DNA from: a virus
Taxonomy: Duplodnaviria > Caudoviricetes
Length of the DNA: 62,879 nt
Strand: one strand, 5' to 3'
IMG/VR virus record: IMGVR_UViG_3300031965_000026
Location: 1 to 62,879 of that record
Part shown: positions 59,320-62,879 of the stretch, in pieces
How positions within the stretch are numbered: the first letter of the stretch is position 1
How the letters are laid out: each line of letters opens with the position of its first letter
The notes under the pieces: model-generated
What the model saw: the letters and a program-made list of their open reading frames with translations, nothing else
Told to the model about the DNA's origin: nothing
Databases searched by the model: none
Program-made: the position numbers and the translations under genes

Positions 59320-59795
59320 CCCGGGAAGCCGTCTGCAAGGTCTGTAAGCGGGGCTTCGAGCGCGGGCGCCACTCCCGCCGCCACGAGTGCGGAGCTTGCG
59401 CGAAGGTTCGGTATCGTTTTCGCGAGCGCTTGCGTGTTCACCAAGGCAAGCCGCGAGCGCACGGCGCTGTCCGGCGCGCCATCGAGAAGGGCTTGCTGCC
59501 GCCACTGGACGGCCGGGTGCGCTGCGTCGACTGCGGGCGGGACGCGGAAGTCTACGACCACCGCGACTACGCCTATCCCTTGTTCGTCGAGCCGGTGTGC
59601 ATGAGGTGCAACAGCCGGCGGGGGGCCGGGCGCTCGGCGCCAGCGACAGAGCCGAAGAAGCGACCAACCGGTCAATGTTTGCAGTGCGGTGTTTCGATCG
59701 CTCATCGACATCCGGCTTCCCTCTACTGCTTTCCGTGCACTGACATTCGGGCGAAGCGCTCCGCCAGTGAGCGGCGCGGCGTTTCCGCCGCCTAA
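59316..59795 (+). CDS. Zn-finger / HNH-like protein
   Basis: CVDCG...DHRDY..PL.VEPVCMRCN. Confidence 0.6.
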   Translation: MTREAVCKVCKRGFERGRHSRRHECGACAKVRYRFRERLRVHQGKPRAHGAVRRAIEKGLLPPLDGRVRCVDCGRDAEVYDHRDYAYPLFVEPVCMRCNSRRGAGRSAPATEPKKRPTGQCLQCGVSIAHRHPASLYCFPCTDIRAKRSASERRGVSAA

Positions 59796-59852
59796 CTCTC
59801 CCCGGATCTCTGCCGGAAAGTGCAGGAGAGCATCGCTCATGGATCTTCCGGC

Positions 59853-60224
59853 ATGCAGCTGAGCCTCGAGCTCGACAGCCAGCTTCGCGAGCGCTACCCG
59901 ACGCTGCTTGACGTGTGCCGGGCCGCGGTCGAGCGCTCCAGGCGACCGAAGAAGGCGATCGCGGCCGACATGGACCTCTCCCCCTCCGACCTCTCCCGCA
60001 AGCTTTCCGACAACCCGAGCGACACCCGCCGGCTGCTCGCCGAGGACGTGGTGCCGCTCGCGCGTGCGTGCGGTGACTCGGGCCGGGATATCGCGATCTG
60101 GATCGCCGAGACGCTGCTGGCCGACGAGCGCTCGAAGCAGGAGCGGGCGGCGGAGTTGATTCTCAGGCTTGGGCCGCTTCTGCAACAGGCGGCGGAGACG
60201 CTGGTGCCGAGGGAGAAGGGGTGA
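59853..60224 (+). CDS. CII-like regulator
   Basis: KAIAADMDLSPSDLSRKL; position after Cro. Confidence 0.65.
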   Translation: MQLSLELDSQLRERYPTLLDVCRAAVERSRRPKKAIAADMDLSPSDLSRKLSDNPSDTRRLLAEDVVPLARACGDSGRDIAIWIAETLLADERSKQERAAELILRLGPLLQQAAETLVPREKG

Positions 60225-60445
60225 GCACCATCCACCACCCGGTGCACTACAACTCGCTCGGTGCCGTGTGCCGGCGCTGCGGGCACCCGATCGAATGTAT
60301 TGATGTCGTCGAGCGCATGAACTTCGTTCGTGGCAGCGCCCTCAAGTATTGCTGGCGCGCCGACTTGAAGGGCGGCGTGGAGGACCTCAAGAAGGCGGTC
60401 TGGTACCTCGAGCGGGAGATTGCGCGCCGGGAGGGGACGGGGTGA
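60221..60445 (+). CDS. DUF3310 protein
   Basis: HHPVHY...IECIDV...GSALKY.WRA..KGGVEDLKKA.WYL. Confidence 0.88.
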   Translation: MSTIHHPVHYNSLGAVCRRCGHPIECIDVVERMNFVRGSALKYCWRADLKGGVEDLKKAVWYLEREIARREGTG

Positions 60446-61479
60446 GCGGCGCCCTGCGCGTCCTGGACCTCTTCTCGGGCGCATGCGGGGGCGTCTCCCT
60501 CGGGCTCGAGCGCGCGGGGATGACGACGGTGGCGCTCTGCGAGGCCGACCCCTGGCGCCGCTCGCGGCTGCGGCAGAACTGGCCGGGGCTGCCAATCTTC
60601 AGGGACGTGCGACATGTCGGAGAGCGAACAACTCGGGCTCTGGGGCGAATCGACGTCGTCGCAGGCTCCCCGCCCTGCCAGGACATCAGCGCCGCCAATC
60701 ACGCCGGTCGAGGGATCGATGGCGCGCGTAGCGGACTGTTCTTTGAGTTCACCCGAGTCGTCGCCGAGCTCCGACCGGCGTGGGTCCTCGCTGAGAATGT
60801 TCCTCGCCTTCGAACTCGCGGAGGTGACTGGGTGCTCGCCGAGCTGGAGGCGGCAGGCTACACCTGCTGGCCGCTCGTGGTGGGTGCTCGACATGTCGGC
60901 GCCCCCCATCAGCGGGACCGGGTCTGGATTGTTGCCCACGCCGAACGCGACGGACGCCGAGAAGGACCGCAAGAACCCGTCTCAGCTTCGGCGTCATTCT
61001 CCGGGGCTCTACGCGACGATGCTGGCACCGCTGCCGACGCCAGGAAACACCAACGGAGGCCGGATACGCCGGTCTCCTCATGCCACGAGCGGCCTGGGGA
61101 AGAGGCAGGTCTCCCTGGAGACGGTGCTGCATCCAGACGGATGGCTCCCGACGCCATCGGCGCAGGACTACGGCAGCAACCGGGGCGGGGCGGCGGGCCG
61201 AGTCGGCGAGCCGAGGCCGAGCCCGCGCTCGATGCTCTCCCCGACCGCGAAGGTCAATCTCGAGGCGCCGTCCACGGACAAGTGGGCGGGGGCGAGGGCG
61301 CTGAGAGCGCTGATGACGAGCCTTGGGGCCACTGGAACGCCGGCCCTGGCGCGCATCTACGGCTGGCTTCAGGGCTACCCACCGGGGTGGCTCGACGACA
61401 GATAGCGGCCTTCGGCGACGCCGTCGTGCCGCAGGTGGTCGAGGCCATCGGGCGGGCCATCGTGCGGGTGGCCGCGTGA
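60442..61479 (+). CDS. C5 cytosine methyltransferase (alpha-type chain)
   Basis: LDLFSG, GSPPCQD, ENV, HQRDRVW, motif X FGDAVVP. Confidence 0.9.
   Translation: MSGALRVLDLFSGACGGVSLGLERAGMTTVALCEADPWRRSRLRQNWPGLPIFRDVRHVGERTTRALGRIDVVAGSPPCQDISAANHAGRGIDGARSGLFFEFTRVVAELRPAWVLAENVPRLRTRGGDWVLAELEAAGYTCWPLVVGARHVGAPHQRDRVWIVAHAERDGRREGPQEPVSASASFSGALRDDAGTAADARKHQRRPDTPVSSCHERPGEEAGLPGDGAASRRMAPDAIGAGLRQQPGRGGGPSRRAEAEPALDALPDREGQSRGAVHGQVGGGEGAESADDEPWGHWNAGPGAHLRLASGLPTGVARRQIAAFGDAVVPQVVEAIGRAIVRVAA
60614..61405 (+). CDS. Nested alternative-frame ORF, probable MTase beta chain
   Basis: LPTP repeats; C-terminal YGWLQGYPPGW resembles motif IX. Confidence 0.7.
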   Translation: MSESEQLGLWGESTSSQAPRPARTSAPPITPVEGSMARVADCSLSSPESSPSSDRRGSSLRMFLAFELAEVTGCSPSWRRQATPAGRSWWVLDMSAPPISGTGSGLLPTPNATDAEKDRKNPSQLRRHSPGLYATMLAPLPTPGNTNGGRIRRSPHATSGLGKRQVSLETVLHPDGWLPTPSAQDYGSNRGGAAGRVGEPRPSPRSMLSPTAKVNLEAPSTDKWAGARALRALMTSLGATGTPALARIYGWLQGYPPGWLDDR

Positions 61480-61519
61480 GCGCCACCAGTGCTATGCACC
61501 GGGCATGCACTCGGGCGTG

Positions 61520-62879
61520 ATGAGCTCCACCACCGGGAACGGAGGCCCGCCACCGGGGAACCTCGTGTTTCTGGGCCCGAACTGGCAAACCGAGTTCGAG
61601 CGGCGCGAAGCGCAGCGTGCGCAGTCACCCGATGTCGCATTCCGGGATGTCCTTGCCCGATCGGGCTTCGAGCCGGGCGCGGTAATAGCCGACAGCAAGA
61701 TCCACCGCTTCGCCGGCCCCGAGGAGCGCCGCGGCCGCCGCAGCGGCTGGTATGTGCTGCACGTGCTGGGTGATCTCGCCTACGGTGCCTTCGGCGACTG
61801 GCGTCACGGCAAGCACACCTGGTGCTCGCGCGACTTAGGCGAGCTGGCCCCCGCCGAGCGGGCCGAGATGGACCAGCGGCTACGTACCGCGAAGGAGCAG
61901 CGCGAGCGGCGACAGAAGGAGGCGGAGACGGAGGCCATGGCGCGCTTGCGAGCCGCTCGAGCAGGCGACGGGCACCCCTACCTCGTGCGCAAGAAGATCG
62001 GCGTGCACGGCCTCACGGTGGACGAGGAGGGCTGGCTGCTCGTGCCGGTGGTGGACGAGGACGGCACGATGCGCAGCCTACAGCGGATCTCGCCTACCGG
62101 GACAAAGCTATTCCTGGCCGGCGGGCGAACCCGGGGGTGTTGCTGCGTGATCGGAGAGCCCGGGCGCACGGTCTATCTCGCCGAGGGCTATGCCACGGCG
62201 GTGACGGTGCACGAGGTGACGGGGCAGTGCGCGGTGGCCGCGTTCAGCGCGGGGAACCTGACGCCGGTGGCGAGGGTGCTGCGGGCGCGGTGGCCGACCG
62301 CGCACCTCGTGGTGGCCGCGGACAACGACCGCAAGACCGAGGGCAACCCCGGCCTGACTCAGGGGCAGGCGGCGGCCGCAGCCGTCGGGGGCCGGTGCGT
62401 AGCGCCGGTGTTCGCAGGCGATCAGGGCACCGATTTCAACGATCTGGCGGTGCTCGAGGGGGTCGAGCGGGTGCGGGGGCAGCTCGAGGAGCGGGCGGTG
62501 CGGCTCATGCCCGCTACTCGCTGGGCGGGCAAGGTGGTGCCGCCGCGGGAATGGCTGCTCGAGAGTTGGATCCCGATGCAGCAGACCACCGCGCTCTACG
62601 GAGACGGGGGCACCGGCAAGACGCTGCTCGCGCAGCAGATCGGAACGGTGGTGTCCCTCGGGCTGCCGTTCTTGGGGATCCCAACGACGGGCGGCGTCGT
62701 GCTCGGGTACTTCTGTGAGGACTCCGACGAGGAGCTCCACCGCAGGCAGGCGGACATCAACGCCTGGGCGCGTGTCGACTACCCGGCGCTCGGGCGCTGG
62801 TACCCGGTCTCCCGGGCCGGGGAAGACAACCTGCTCATGACCTATGACGCCGGGGGCACCGGCCGGCTCACGCCATTCT
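61520..62879 (+). CDS. Toprim primase-helicase, N-terminal part (runs off the end; absent from the ORF track)
   Basis: DSKIHRF, SGWY, FGDWR, LAEGYATA, AFSAGNL, AADND, GDGGTGKT. Confidence 0.88.
   Translation, partial: MSSTTGNGGPPPGNLVFLGPNWQTEFERREAQRAQSPDVAFRDVLARSGFEPGAVIADSKIHRFAGPEERRGRRSGWYVLHVLGDLAYGAFGDWRHGKHTWCSRDLGELAPAERAEMDQRLRTAKEQRERRQKEAETEAMARLRAARAGDGHPYLVRKKIGVHGLTVDEEGWLLVPVVDEDGTMRSLQRISPTGTKLFLAGGRTRGCCCVIGEPGRTVYLAEGYATAVTVHEVTGQCAVAAFSAGNLTPVARVLRARWPTAHLVVAADNDRKTEGNPGLTQGQAAAAAVGGRCVAPVFAGDQGTDFNDLAVLEGVERVRGQLEERAVRLMPATRWAGKVVPPREWLLESWIPMQQTTALYGDGGTGKTLLAQQIGTVVSLGLPFLGIPTTGGVVLGYFCEDSDEELHRRQADINAWARVDYPALGRWYPVSRAGEDNLLMTYDAGGTGRLTPF

Noticed and set aside
61501-61653. 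Self-targets of array spacers (single 9-mer matches to U4 and U5 spacer A)
   Set aside because: The partner spacer does not match alongside, and lone 9-mers are expected by chance in 63 kb
62754-62879. Biological direct terminal repeat
   Set aside because: It falls mid-gene, and its 126-127 bp length is typical of an assembler k-mer overlap

Overview
The window is an essentially complete, circularly assembled genome of a GC-rich temperate phage (about 62.75 kb; bases 2-127 repeat at 62754-62879). It has a P22-like podovirus head and tail set and a lambda-like CI/Cro switch with five operators. Its tyrosine integrase carries a tRNA-Val(GAC)-like attP inside its own 3' end. It also has a replication/recombination module and a primase-helicase that spans the contig join. 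The standout is a TIGR-Tas-like RNA-guided locus at about 50.2-51.9 kb on the minus strand. There, a nuclease-less Nop/IS110-like protein has six stem-loop, dual-spacer units (GCCA-N9-YGAYGNCCA-N9-YGCY) written in-frame into its own N-terminus, plus a seventh unit across its stop codon. Other unusual items: a terminase intein whose HNH nuclease sits in a different reading frame; a two-frame (M.EcoHK31I-like) cytosine methyltransferase; a small protein built from two order-swapped capsid segments; a glycosyltransferase-methyltransferase flanked by Thr-rich virion genes; a 2H-phosphoesterase inside a giant polyvalent protein; and a heme-motif HZS-alpha-like cargo gene. All calls come from reading motifs by eye. 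No database search was run.
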